Virus record (IMG/VR): IMGVR_UViG_3300025322_000015
Span: 8,666-72,665 of that record
Direction: 5' to 3' (one strand)
Length of the DNA: 64,000 nucleotides
Source: a virus
Shown here: in pieces, positions 37,515 through 46,952 of the stretch
Layout: every line of letters starts with the position of its first letter
How positions within the stretch are numbered: the stretch's first letter is position 1
The notes under the pieces: generated by a model
Told to the model about the DNA's origin: nothing
What the model saw: the letters and a program-made list of their open reading frames with translations, nothing else
The model's database searches: none
Translations under genes and position numbers: made by a program

Positions 37515-37765
37515 TAGAATCCAATCTCCTCATCATCTTCATCCTCTGAGAACTCTTCCTCTTCCGGCCACAGAGTAAAGATGTAATCTTCGTTATCTCG
37601 GTAACTAAGCACAACACCCATGTTGAATTTAATCCCGATTCCACCTGCGCTGTTCAGCCAGCCTGCGCCGATCCTGACAGCACCTTTTTTCTTGCGATCT
37701 CTCGATTTCATCTTCAGTATGAAATCAGGTTGATCGCCTGTCTGAGCTTTCTTACGCTTGCGCAT
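37514..37765 (-). CDS. small basic protein with an SSB-like acidic C-terminal tail
   Basis: IGAGW core; tail EEEEFSEDEDDEEIGF. Confidence 0.55.
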   Translation of the reverse strand: MRKRKKAQTGDQPDFILKMKSRDRKKKGAVRIGAGWLNSAGGIGIKFNMGVVLSYRDNEDYIFTLWPEEEEFSEDEDDEEIGF

Positions 37766-37777
37766 CTTATCTGTAGA

Positions 37778-38791
37778 TTACCTCTTGTATTTTTTCCTCG
37801 TTGGCATGAACGAACTCTCGATGTCGTACCAGCGGTCGGTGACTACCGTATGCAGCTTCTTAACTTCTGCACGATACTCACGATCGCCCATCTGGTCGAG
37901 CGACTTCAGGTATCCTTTGATTCCCTCCTTCTCAACGCCAATAAGGTCGAGGGCCTTCACAGCCTTCAACCATTCTACGCACGATGGTACATCGTCAATG
38001 CCGTACCCGAACGAGACTTCGAAGTCAGCTTCTCGATAAGGCAGGCTGACTTTGTTCTTATCAACCTTAACCCGCAACGCAATTCCGATCGGACGCTCAA
38101 CACCTTTTATCGTCTTCTTGATTGTCCCCCGCTGCGCAAGGAATATCGTCTGGCTGGAGTAGAAATCAAGTGCGCGACCGCCGGACCGGGTCGTCTTCCT
38201 GCCGAAGGTAACTCCGATGTTGTCACGAACCTGCGACACGATAATGAGCGTCACCTTGGAGTCCTGCATCTTCCGAACAAGCCTGCGAAAGATCTGCGAC
38301 ATCATCTTCGCTTTGCCAGTCCCGTACGATCCTTCATCGAGACCCCGGTCCATCTCTGCTTTGTCCGAAAGCGAGTCCAGCGAGTCCACAATATACAGCG
38401 TCGGTACCTTGGCTTTATCAACTACAGCAGTAAGGTCCACGAACAGATCTTCTACTGTATCGAACGAGGCTCCGAAATCGACACGATCCAGAGGCATTCC
38501 CAACGCCTCGGCATACCCGGGATCGAATGCAGCTTCGCATTCACGATACTTGATTTGCCCTCGGTCGTGCTTCGCGACAAAATTAGCGCAAGCCTCAATA
38601 CAAAGTAAACTCTTCCCAGTAGCCTTATCTCCCACGATGTTGGCGATACGGTTTTCTACCCATCCGCCACCTAGAGCCAAGTCCAACAGCTTGGATCCTG
38701 TTGGTATGAAGGATAGATCAGTTTTGGGAGCTGAAAAATACGAACCAGCTCCCTCCACCCGCTCCTTCAATAAGCGTTCGCGTTTTACCAT
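37778..38791 (-). CDS. recA: RecA/UvsX recombinase
   Basis: GDKATGKS, IVDSL, SGGRALDFYSS, VDKNKV. Confidence 0.92.
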   Translation of the reverse strand: MVKRERLLKERVEGAGSYFSAPKTDLSFIPTGSKLLDLALGGGWVENRIANIVGDKATGKSLLCIEACANFVAKHDRGQIKYRECEAAFDPGYAEALGMPLDRVDFGASFDTVEDLFVDLTAVVDKAKVPTLYIVDSLDSLSDKAEMDRGLDEGSYGTGKAKMMSQIFRRLVRKMQDSKVTLIIVSQVRDNIGVTFGRKTTRSGGRALDFYSSQTIFLAQRGTIKKTIKGVERPIGIALRVKVDKNKVSLPYREADFEVSFGYGIDDVPSCVEWLKAVKALDLIGVEKEGIKGYLKSLDQMGDREYRAEVKKLHTVVTDRWYDIESSFMPTRKKYKR

Positions 38792-38860
38792 TCATACCCA
38801 CTCCTGTGTGCAAAAAGTCCCGAGGAGAACGAATCCCCCCGAGACTGCTTAGATCACATC

Positions 38861-40114
38861 CTAACGCCCGAATCTCTTCGCGCGTGCCGACTTTCCTCCA
38901 GAGCTTGAACTCTCCTTAGAAGAGGATTTCTTCTTAGGACGCTCGTCTTCCTCTTCTTCCTCGTTATCCTCATCATCATCGTCGTCATCGTCGTCATCGC
39001 GAGAAGACTTTTTAGAGGAAGCTTTGCCAGCCTTCTTCTTAGGCTGCTCATCCTCATCTTCTTCATTCTCGTCGTCGTCATCGTCGTCATCGCGACGCTT
39101 CTTCTTTTTGTCGTCCTTCTTGGAAGATGACTTCTTCTTGGGTTTCTCGTCCTCGTCATCATCCTCATCGGGATCCTCATCCTCGAAGGGATCCTCGTCT
39201 TCATCGTCATCATCACGCCGCTTGGACGACTTCTTTTTCTTCTTCGGCTCGTCGTCTTCCTCGTCAGGATCCTCGTCTTCGTCTTCGTCCTCGTCACGGG
39301 ACTTCTTTTTCTTCTTGGGCTCGTCCTTTACCTTGCCGCCCTTCTTTTTCTTCTTCGGCTCGTCGTCTTCCTCCTCCTCGTTCTCGTCGTCTTCCGAGAC
39401 CGTGCCAGAGATCACACCCTTGAGGTAATCCGCCGTATAGTAGTGCAGAATGTCAGGGAGGGGGTTCTCACGAATCTCCTCGAGGATCGAATCCTGCTGA
39501 TCCTCATCGTCGGAGATCGGGCTGGGATCGCTGTCAATCCTATGTCCGAAATATTTCGTGTTGATTCCCTGCCCGCGCTTCTGGATTGTAACGTCGCGAC
39601 CATCATCGGGATGATCGATGGCAATTACCTTCCCCGACCGCTTGTGCGTACACAAGGCTGCGACCGCTTGATCCATCGACCAACTGAGATCGGCGATCTT
39701 CGGACCGGTGCCCTCATCGTCACGATCGAGGACCCAGAAAAGGTAACGCTGCTTTGCCGAAAGTTCAGCAGCCTCCTCCTTGTCGCCGACATCGCGAGCA
39801 TCCTTGGCGGCGTCGCAGATCGGGCACTTCTGCTTCTTCATATGCGCCAGGCACAGGTACGTGCCGTTGTTGGCGCCAACGAAAGGATGCACGAAAACTT
39901 CCAGGCCGTAGTATTCCGCGTTGTCCCAAGTCGGCGGGAGGATGCGGAAGGTGTTGTCGCCAGGCTTAAACTTGAACAGCTCAACGCCGTTTTTCAGGAT
40001 GCCGTCGAAACGACTCCCAGTCTGCTCAGCCTGGCGCTTCAGGCGTTCGGGACTTGTGGCCTTGTACGCAAAACCACTGCCCTTCTTTTTCTTCTTCTTG
40101 TCTTTCACGGCCAT
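38861..40114 (-). CDS. gp32-like ssDNA-binding protein with a very long D/E/K low-complexity tail
   Basis: FRILPP, CPIC, VLDR, TKY core; C-terminal blocks of D/E and K. Confidence 0.8.
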   Translation of the reverse strand: MAVKDKKKKKKGSGFAYKATSPERLKRQAEQTGSRFDGILKNGVELFKFKPGDNTFRILPPTWDNAEYYGLEVFVHPFVGANNGTYLCLAHMKKQKCPICDAAKDARDVGDKEEAAELSAKQRYLFWVLDRDDEGTGPKIADLSWSMDQAVAALCTHKRSGKVIAIDHPDDGRDVTIQKRGQGINTKYFGHRIDSDPSPISDDEDQQDSILEEIRENPLPDILHYYTADYLKGVISGTVSEDDENEEEEDDEPKKKKKGGKVKDEPKKKKKSRDEDEDEDEDPDEEDDEPKKKKKSSKRRDDDDEDEDPFEDEDPDEDDDEDEKPKKKSSSKKDDKKKKRRDDDDDDDENEEDEDEQPKKKAGKASSKKSSRDDDDDDDDDEDNEEEEEDERPKKKSSSKESSSSGGKSARAKRFGR

Positions 40115-40137
40115 GCTACTTCTCCTTACAGTTAACG

Positions 40138-40692
40138 CTATTGACGACGAAGACGTTCTCTAGTCGCTTGCTTTGTGGTCTCCGCCTTACTATTCCGAAC
40201 GGTCCTGTTGGCCCGCTCATCTTCCGAACCTCCATAGTAGTTGGAGATCCATAACGACACCATGTCCTTCAACACATACGAGCGTTGTGTGTAGGCGTCC
40301 TTCAGCGCGGTGATATCTCTCACTCGCGCTTCCGCATCCATAAGAATATGAGTGGCTGCAAGAACTTCTTCATCAGAAATCCTGCGAGCCTCAACTCCTG
40401 GTTCAGTGATCTTCTCACCATCGTCCTTCGCCTTACGCCGTATCTTAGAATCGACACGAGCCTCGACCGATTTCAAATACTGCTTAGCAGCATCGCGTCT
40501 CGATACCTCGAGACTGAGTTGCTTCGACACAGCATAATAAGAAGTAACCTGAAGCTGAAGAGCCTCCTCCAAACCGTGCTCATCGATCTGAAGACCGTCC
40601 TCGTGCTCCTCAATAAATTCAACGTGCTCCGTACTCACAATCGGCATCCGAAACTCGAAACCCAACTCAGATACCTTCGGCCGTCTTGCCAT
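40138..40692 (-). CDS. UvsY-like recombination mediator
   Basis: LQIDEHGLEEAL...KIT...AYTQRSYVL helical pattern; adjacent to SSB and RecA. Confidence 0.65.
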   Translation of the reverse strand: MARRPKVSELGFEFRMPIVSTEHVEFIEEHEDGLQIDEHGLEEALQLQVTSYYAVSKQLSLEVSRRDAAKQYLKSVEARVDSKIRRKAKDDGEKITEPGVEARRISDEEVLAATHILMDAEARVRDITALKDAYTQRSYVLKDMVSLWISNYYGGSEDERANRTVRNSKAETTKQATRERLRRQ

Positions 40693-40731
40693 GGCGCTAC
40701 CTCTCACATATTACATATCACTGCGGAGAAA

Positions 40732-41661
40732 CTACTGAAGCAGCACACGACCTAATGACAGGAGTAGCGGAGCCATCTTCTCTGAAGGATTATAGTACCC
40801 CTCAAACGCTTCAAGGATGGCCAGCAGTCGAGCAGCATCCTTATCTGATTTCGCACCTTTCAGAACAGCGGCGACGTAGTTGCACATGATGATGCGAACA
40901 GACTCGGGATTCTCTTCCTTGAGACGACTGACGATCTCCATTGCCTTTGCCCATGATCCTCCAGAACCTACGAGGAAGCGGCAAAGCTCAATCGTCGCGT
41001 CAGAGGCGATCGCCGACTTCAGGATCTCAGCAGCCTGCTTCTTCGTCTCGGACTCAGCACACAGGTCGAGATTCACGATCGCCTGGCGCGGAGAGCCGCG
41101 AGCCTCAGAAATGATGACTTCGAGCACGTCATCAGAGACCTTCATCTTCTCCGCTTTGATCACCCGCTTGACAACGATCTTCAGCTGATCAGATGACAGC
41201 AGGCTGAGACCAAACGCACTACAACGCGTCTTGATCGTCGCCGGAACCTTGTCGAGCTCAGTTGTGCAGAGGAACCAGTACACATGCGGAGGAGGATTCT
41301 CAGTAACCTTCAGAAGTGAGTTCCACGCCGACTTCGTCAGCATGTGCGCCTCATCGAGGATGATCGCTTTCTTGCTGTTTCCCATCGGAAGGTAGCGAAG
41401 CGTCTCCTGAATATCACGAATGTTTTCTACGCCCGTATTCGTCGCGGCGTCAACCTCGAGGATGTATTCAGGAAGACAACCAACCTCAGCGGCAATGATA
41501 CGCGCCAGAGTCGTCTTACCTGTTCCTGAGGGTCCGTGGAACAAGAAGGTTCTGGAGGACTTCCGTTTGATTACGCTCTCGATAGACTTCAAAATAACCT
41601 TGTGCCCAACAACCTCTTCAAAGGATGCCGGGCGATACTTAACAGGCAATGATTGTGTCAT
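40732..41661 (-). CDS. DnaX (gamma/tau)-like clamp loader AAA+ ATPase
   Basis: KYRPASFEEVVG, GPSGTGKTT, ILDEAHML, LLK. Confidence 0.9.
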   Translation of the reverse strand: MTQSLPVKYRPASFEEVVGHKVILKSIESVIKRKSSRTFLFHGPSGTGKTTLARIIAAEVGCLPEYILEVDAATNTGVENIRDIQETLRYLPMGNSKKAIILDEAHMLTKSAWNSLLKVTENPPPHVYWFLCTTELDKVPATIKTRCSAFGLSLLSSDQLKIVVKRVIKAEKMKVSDDVLEVIISEARGSPRQAIVNLDLCAESETKKQAAEILKSAIASDATIELCRFLVGSGGSWAKAMEIVSRLKEENPESVRIIMCNYVAAVLKGAKSDKDAARLLAILEAFEGYYNPSEKMAPLLLSLGRVLLQ

Positions 41662-41662
41662 C

Positions 41663-41974
41663 TTATCCCCGTAGCCTAACTCGAGTGTTCATCCGAACTC
41701 GAGGCAATGGTTTCTTCTTCGTAATCATCTTGTTAGGATTCTTAATCAAATCCTCGTAACTCACCCAAGCTCGACCCTCACCCGATACCTGCCGCCAAGC
41801 TTGGCGTAGACAGATGCCGAGATCCTTATCACGACCGTAATAGTAGTTACCGTTCAACCCAACGGAGATAAACCACGTACCCTCGTTAGCTTGATAGAAG
41901 TTGTTAACACGATAATTCTTCGTTGCTATCTTAGTAAGAAACTCGTCCATGCCTAACTTATCGTCTAACGACAT
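41663..41974 (-). CDS. hypothetical protein
   Basis: AGGAG upstream; C-terminal RVRM/RVRL. Confidence 0.6.
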   Translation of the reverse strand: MSLDDKLGMDEFLTKIATKNYRVNNFYQANEGTWFISVGLNGNYYYGRDKDLGICLRQAWRQVSGEGRAWVSYEDLIKNPNKMITKKKPLPRVRMNTRVRLRG

Positions 41975-41983
41975 GGTCCTCTC

Positions 41984-44536
41984 CTATACAGCGATGCGGC
42001 CATTCCACTCGTCAGAGAAGTATTCTCCGACGTGTTCTAGGTTTGCCCAATTTGTACCAACTGACATCTCAACGCTCATCGGGACTATCTTGACCCAATC
42101 ATATGACGAATCTAGCATAATGGTGATCACAGTCTCAGCATTACGGTCCACATCTTTCTTCGGCCAGATGAATGTCAAATCATCGTGAATTTCGAATACG
42201 GGAATGAATCGATCATCATCAAGGTCGGCTAGGCGTATCAGAGCATCGAGAACAATCACTGATTCATCTGACTGTATCGGGGTGTTGATAATCTCCGTTG
42301 GGGCGACTGGCGCGCGACGCCGGAACCCCGATAATCCTGTTACATATCCGTTCTTGCGATAGAAGGTTCGCAAAGTCTTATGCCACTTCGCGATGCCTGG
42401 AAATTCATCGCGGAACTCTTGACCGAGATCGTGGCCGATCGATTCAGGAATACCGAGCCCCGAAGAAGTCGTTCTGGCGCCCGCTCCGAAGAATAGCGGA
42501 AACACCAACTTGTTCTTGGACTGCTGCCGATAGTGCTTCGCGAGCTTCTTGTCCGTCGCTAACTTCTTCGCTCCTTCAGTGACCCATTTCGGATGTCTGC
42601 GAATGATCCGTTCCATCCAGTCCGTATGAATATCATATCGCTCTTTGAAATACTTGACGAGAGTCTTATCTTTTGACTCCATCGCAACATTTCGAGCTTG
42701 GATACCGCCGAAGTCAAACGCGACCACAACAAGGTCGCCACCGGGCTCGACAATCTCACGAACCTCCTTGCCATCGTACTTCGGCCAGTTCTGTGAGTTA
42801 GGAGAGTCCGAAGACGTACGCCACGTGCGCGTAGTCGTAGTAGATACAATTGGGTGGAAGCGATTGCCGAACAAGACGGGGGAACCGGGCAATGCTGCCG
42901 ACACATAAGTTGAGTGAAGCTTCGCAATCTTCCGGCGCTTCAAGATCAGCGTGGCCTCGCCACCTAGGCCTTTGATCGCCTCTTCATCAGCTGAAGTGAT
43001 TACGTGCTTAAGTACATCAACCATCAACTTCTTGACGTCATCGTTGGACCCCGGTTTAAACGGGCGTTGAAAACGCTTCTGGAACGTCTTAACAGAAGGG
43101 TACTCGATAATATCCTTATCAATCACCTCGATCTGTTTTGTGTACTTCTTATCAAACGTCGCAGCCTTCAGAGCATTGACAGGAACACCCTTGACTTGCA
43201 TCAATACAAGAGCGGCGACTCTTTCGAGGTTGTGGTGATACTGCTCCACGAGTTCGTCGGCGACTAGCCTCGCGGATTGAACAATGTACAACAGCCGATG
43301 GTACTTCGAGTCAACACCATTGTAGAGCAGGACATCGCGCAGCGGAGCATTATCGAGATTGGCTCGATCTATCGGATTGATCGATTTTACGGAGATGCCA
43401 AAATACTGCTGGCATAGGCCATCGAGACTCAGGACACCCGATCCCGCGCGCTCGTCGAGAATGTAGGCCTGCGATTGCGAACATCCCCACCGACCGTTCC
43501 GCAGAGTCTCTCCGCCAAATTTCTCCACACTCCATTCAAGCTCAAATGGAAGGTTGTGAGAAACCTTTACGCAGTTCGAAGTCTCGAGAAATTCAACAAA
43601 GGCAGCTTCTAGCCGCTTGCGTTGTTTTGGTGTCCAGGGAGCCTGTTTATGTCGAATTGGAAATACGTACGTGAGTTTAGCCCCACTCAAAGCAACCGTT
43701 AGGATCTTCGATCCCTCTTTGAAGGGGCGGAGGCCATTCGTCTCGTAGTCAAGCCCGACGATATCTTCTTTCGCGAACCGCTTCAAAGTTCGAATGATAT
43801 CCAGAACATCGTCGTCGCCGTTGGAACCATCGACAATCTGAATATCTGCCAGCGCCTCTTCTCGTGAATGCACTCGAGCCTTTGGCAGCTTTTCTACAAG
43901 CTCGAATGCTTTCTTGAGTTGAATCTCGAATGCGAACTCTTCCTCGGAGGCGTAAGCAGAGTCACCTCCGCGACCTCCACCACCTCGAACAATAAAAGAA
44001 GGATGGTACATCGGGAAGTACCAACAGACGTGCAAGCCGATCTTGACTGGCATGTACCGACCGCACCAGCGGGAGATGCCAGATAGTCCCGTTGCCCAGG
44101 TTAGGGCGATGTTCCCGAAACCAAATATTGCTTTGGGCTTGGCCTTCTCGATGTCACGGACGATGCTGGGCCGGCAGCACTCAATCTCGATGTATGTCGG
44201 TGTCTTGTTGTTTGGCGGACGAGTTCGAACTACATTGTTCCAACGGATCTGGTCCTTCCACTTAGGCGGGATCCTGTCGCGCAGCACTTCACCTGATTTG
44301 CCAATGAAGTGTTTTCCGGTTCTATCTTCGTCCTTGCCTGGAGCCTCTCCTAGGATGTACACCTTTGGCGTGTCCGAGCCCGTCGGCTTCATATGCGGGG
44401 TCTTCAAACCAACTTGGCTGTTCAACGGACATGCCGAGCACTCCGCTTTGTGCAACATCTCCTTGGAATACTTCGCAGCACTAGGCTTAGATTTCTTCTG
44501 TGAAGTTTCTAATCCGACGAAGCCAATAAGACCCAT
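41984..44536 (-). CDS. polA: family A DNA polymerase with an N-terminal family-4 UDG-like domain and 3'-5' exonuclease
   Basis: CSACPL, GEAPG..E, HPS (UDG4); DYETNG (exo); FDFGGIQAR, K...F..FFG, EIHDD (Pol motifs A/B/C). Confidence 0.92.
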   Translation of the reverse strand: MGLIGFVGLETSQKKSKPSAAKYSKEMLHKAECSACPLNSQVGLKTPHMKPTGSDTPKVYILGEAPGKDEDRTGKHFIGKSGEVLRDRIPPKWKDQIRWNNVVRTRPPNNKTPTYIEIECCRPSIVRDIEKAKPKAIFGFGNIALTWATGLSGISRWCGRYMPVKIGLHVCWYFPMYHPSFIVRGGGGRGGDSAYASEEEFAFEIQLKKAFELVEKLPKARVHSREEALADIQIVDGSNGDDDVLDIIRTLKRFAKEDIVGLDYETNGLRPFKEGSKILTVALSGAKLTYVFPIRHKQAPWTPKQRKRLEAAFVEFLETSNCVKVSHNLPFELEWSVEKFGGETLRNGRWGCSQSQAYILDERAGSGVLSLDGLCQQYFGISVKSINPIDRANLDNAPLRDVLLYNGVDSKYHRLLYIVQSARLVADELVEQYHHNLERVAALVLMQVKGVPVNALKAATFDKKYTKQIEVIDKDIIEYPSVKTFQKRFQRPFKPGSNDDVKKLMVDVLKHVITSADEEAIKGLGGEATLILKRRKIAKLHSTYVSAALPGSPVLFGNRFHPIVSTTTTRTWRTSSDSPNSQNWPKYDGKEVREIVEPGGDLVVVAFDFGGIQARNVAMESKDKTLVKYFKERYDIHTDWMERIIRRHPKWVTEGAKKLATDKKLAKHYRQQSKNKLVFPLFFGAGARTTSSGLGIPESIGHDLGQEFRDEFPGIAKWHKTLRTFYRKNGYVTGLSGFRRRAPVAPTEIINTPIQSDESVIVLDALIRLADLDDDRFIPVFEIHDDLTFIWPKKDVDRNAETVITIMLDSSYDWVKIVPMSVEMSVGTNWANLEHVGEYFSDEWNGRIAV

Positions 44537-44556
44537 GTACCCACCACCCTCATGAT

Positions 44557-44636
44557 CCTGCGAATCTGGACGAGAGACGGGCGAAGCGCGATCCGGGTAG
44601 CGAGGGGCAGCGGACTCGAGGAACGCCCGTCTTTCG
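44557..44636. repeat. intergenic imperfect palindrome E3
   Basis: CCTGCGAATCTGG identical to 16367-16379; CGAGAGACGGGCG/CGCCCGTCTTTCG stem. Confidence 0.55.
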
Positions 44637-44650
44637 CTGAGCTCGACCGC

Positions 44651-45739
44651 TCAGCCCTGGACAGCGACTAAGTGATACGTATCACGGCCGCTTGCGAGAA
44701 CGATACAGCCGGCATCGAAAATAATCTTATCGAACTTCGTCAGATCGCACTCGCGGAAACGTGCCAGGTCAATCTTCAAGCTGACCTCAGGATGATCGCC
44801 TATCTCGACAGATTCCGTAACTTCACCGGTCTCGGACTTCGAGGAAATACGAAGGAGCCTCTTCCCTTTCGAATTCTCAGCCACCCGAAGCTTCGTTACC
44901 GGCTCCAACGCTTTATGCACAACAAGGTAGGCGCGCTCTAGTGCTGCCGACAGTCCGGCCGGAACCGGGACCATTCCGTTGCCCTTGCCCTTCGGGAGAT
45001 AGTTCCCCACGATCTCCTTGAACTTCGGAGGATTAGGATCATCGATGAGTCGGCCATACAGTTTGACGCCGTTGTCAAACAGCATGAGGGCGTACTCATC
45101 GTCAAGGTATAGCTTCACTTCCTTCACGTCTTTGCGCTGCATCAACTTGAGCGCACTTTCGCAGAACAACTTGGACATGGTGACGTGCTTCTCAAGACCA
45201 TGTCCGTCGGCCGCAACAGGAGCGGAAGACAACGTTACGGAATCAGTGCTGTAGAACGTAAGAGCCTTTTTCGACTCAGGGACAACAGTAATTCCCAGCC
45301 GCTGCGGTTCAGATACACGCCGGCTGAGCGATTGCAGGCAAATGTCAAAGGCTCGGATCAAAGCCGGCTTGCTTTCCTCATCGAGGGACAACATTGCGTC
45401 GTCCTCATCAACCTTCGGAAAGGTGAATAGGAAGGAATCAGGCGGCAACAGAGGAACCTCGAGCCGGGACCGACCCGACTTGATAACCATAGAGTTGTCC
45501 CCTTGTGTGAACAAGACATCGTCGCCGGCGAGCTTGCTCAGGACACCGCCAAGAAGTGATCCGCGGATCGCTCCTTTAAACTCGGTCTTGTACGGCGCTG
45601 CAATAGCGACGACATCGTTGTATGCCATTACCGCCTTACCCGTAAACCAGTAGTGGGTCAGGACCGGGATCAGATCGTTCGCCGCCAACGCGGGATCGAC
45701 AGTAGAAAGGACTCCTAGTAGACTCTCACGCTTCATCAA
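44651..45739 (-). CDS. beta sliding clamp (DnaN-like)
   Basis: 362 aa; IPVLTH, STDS, GRLI..P.F..I patterns; adjacent to the polymerase. Confidence 0.75.
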   Translation of the reverse strand: MMKRESLLGVLSTVDPALAANDLIPVLTHYWFTGKAVMAYNDVVAIAAPYKTEFKGAIRGSLLGGVLSKLAGDDVLFTQGDNSMVIKSGRSRLEVPLLPPDSFLFTFPKVDEDDAMLSLDEESKPALIRAFDICLQSLSRRVSEPQRLGITVVPESKKALTFYSTDSVTLSSAPVAADGHGLEKHVTMSKLFCESALKLMQRKDVKEVKLYLDDEYALMLFDNGVKLYGRLIDDPNPPKFKEIVGNYLPKGKGNGMVPVPAGLSAALERAYLVVHKALEPVTKLRVAENSKGKRLLRISSKSETGEVTESVEIGDHPEVSLKIDLARFRECDLTKFDKIIFDAGCIVLASGRDTYHLVAVQG

Positions 45740-46952
45740 GTTTATCCTTTATCTGCTCTAGCCAATAGGCATCTTTGGGGTCAATGTAAGGAGGAGTAGA
45801 ACCTCTACGAAACACTCTGTCAGCTAATTGGATCTTCCGACGATTCCAATACTCCTCGCGATGGATGTTCTTAAACTTCAGAGTCCTTCGAGCCGGCGGC
45901 GCCTTCACTGCCCCATACTTCGCGTAAGCAATAATCTCCGCAGGGTCGGCATCACGCAAATCGAAGTAAGACAAAAGCCTCTCGGCGATACCGAGTCTGT
46001 TTAAAATTGCAGACCGGCGCACGTTTCCAGTAGGGCCTACCGCAAAGATCGCTTTCTTCATCTTCCACGTCGGAAGGTCGTAAGTACTCTGGCTTGGTAG
46101 CAGCGTGCCTTTCTTCCGATACGGTTTGTAAGGAAGCATGCGCGACAAGTTCTGATAATAGATCGCCATGGCTTCCATACGTACATATGGATCATGTCGA
46201 AGGTAATGCATCTGCGTCTTCACCTCGTCTTCGATGAAGCGCCGCGCCAACCTCTGATACTCTGGACCCTGCATCTCCATCTCGTATCGGTCGTTCTTTC
46301 TAGGAGATCCTGTCACCCAAACTGATATCGGGTTGCAGCTGTAGTTAAACCCAGAGCCCTTGCCGTTCAGCTCAGGAGGAACGAAGATACAACCATATCC
46401 TGACTTGATCACCCAAGTCACACTATCGAAGCTGTACCAAGGATACGTGTGCAGCACGGGCACGGCTGTGACGCCGAACCCATGAGTCTTAACATATGGA
46501 CGGCCAGAGGAATCAGTGATGTAGTCGAACACCTTATCGAACCATCCCGAGTTCTGCGAGATGGAATCACCTGATGGCGATACCCCAATATAAGGTTCAC
46601 CGTCGTCTAGGAGTCGCTCAAGGTGATGGAATTCCTCACCTTGGTGAAACACAGGAATAGGCGACAAACCTGCCGCCTTCATTTCTTGAAGATTGTCGTA
46701 AGAACGTTGTGCTCCGATCTCAACGTCCTTGGGTGTCTTCGTCCTTCCAAAATCACCTGGAATAATATCAAGGTTGACGACGGAATGAAAGTACTGACCA
46801 TACTCCTTGACGAACGCAATGTAGTCCTGGACCTTGATTTCCTGGCCGCGAGTCCACGCTCCAAAGGCCCCCGAGTCCAGCATGAGCTCTACATCGATAG
46901 GCTGCAAACCCTCAGTTCGCACCTTGGGAGCATGTACTCGAATTCTTTTCAT
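45726..46952 (-). CDS. dpdA: 7-deazaguanine DNA transglycosylase (TGT-fold, phage DpdA)
   Basis: LDSGAF, NLDIIPG, PVFHQGE, THGFG, YPWYSFDS..W; clustered with folE/queC/queD. Confidence 0.85.
   Translation of the reverse strand: MKRIRVHAPKVRTEGLQPIDVELMLDSGAFGAWTRGQEIKVQDYIAFVKEYGQYFHSVVNLDIIPGDFGRTKTPKDVEIGAQRSYDNLQEMKAAGLSPIPVFHQGEEFHHLERLLDDGEPYIGVSPSGDSISQNSGWFDKVFDYITDSSGRPYVKTHGFGVTAVPVLHTYPWYSFDSVTWVIKSGYGCIFVPPELNGKGSGFNYSCNPISVWVTGSPRKNDRYEMEMQGPEYQRLARRFIEDEVKTQMHYLRHDPYVRMEAMAIYYQNLSRMLPYKPYRKKGTLLPSQSTYDLPTWKMKKAIFAVGPTGNVRRSAILNRLGIAERLLSYFDLRDADPAEIIAYAKYGAVKAPPARRTLKFKNIHREEYWNRRKIQLADRVFRRGSTPPYIDPKDAYWLEQIKDKLDEA

Noticed and set aside
37730-40135. Long plus-strand and alternate-frame ORFs over recA and the SSB (poly-S/F, poly-T/R)
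   Set aside because: Artefacts of codon bias and low-complexity D/E/K coding
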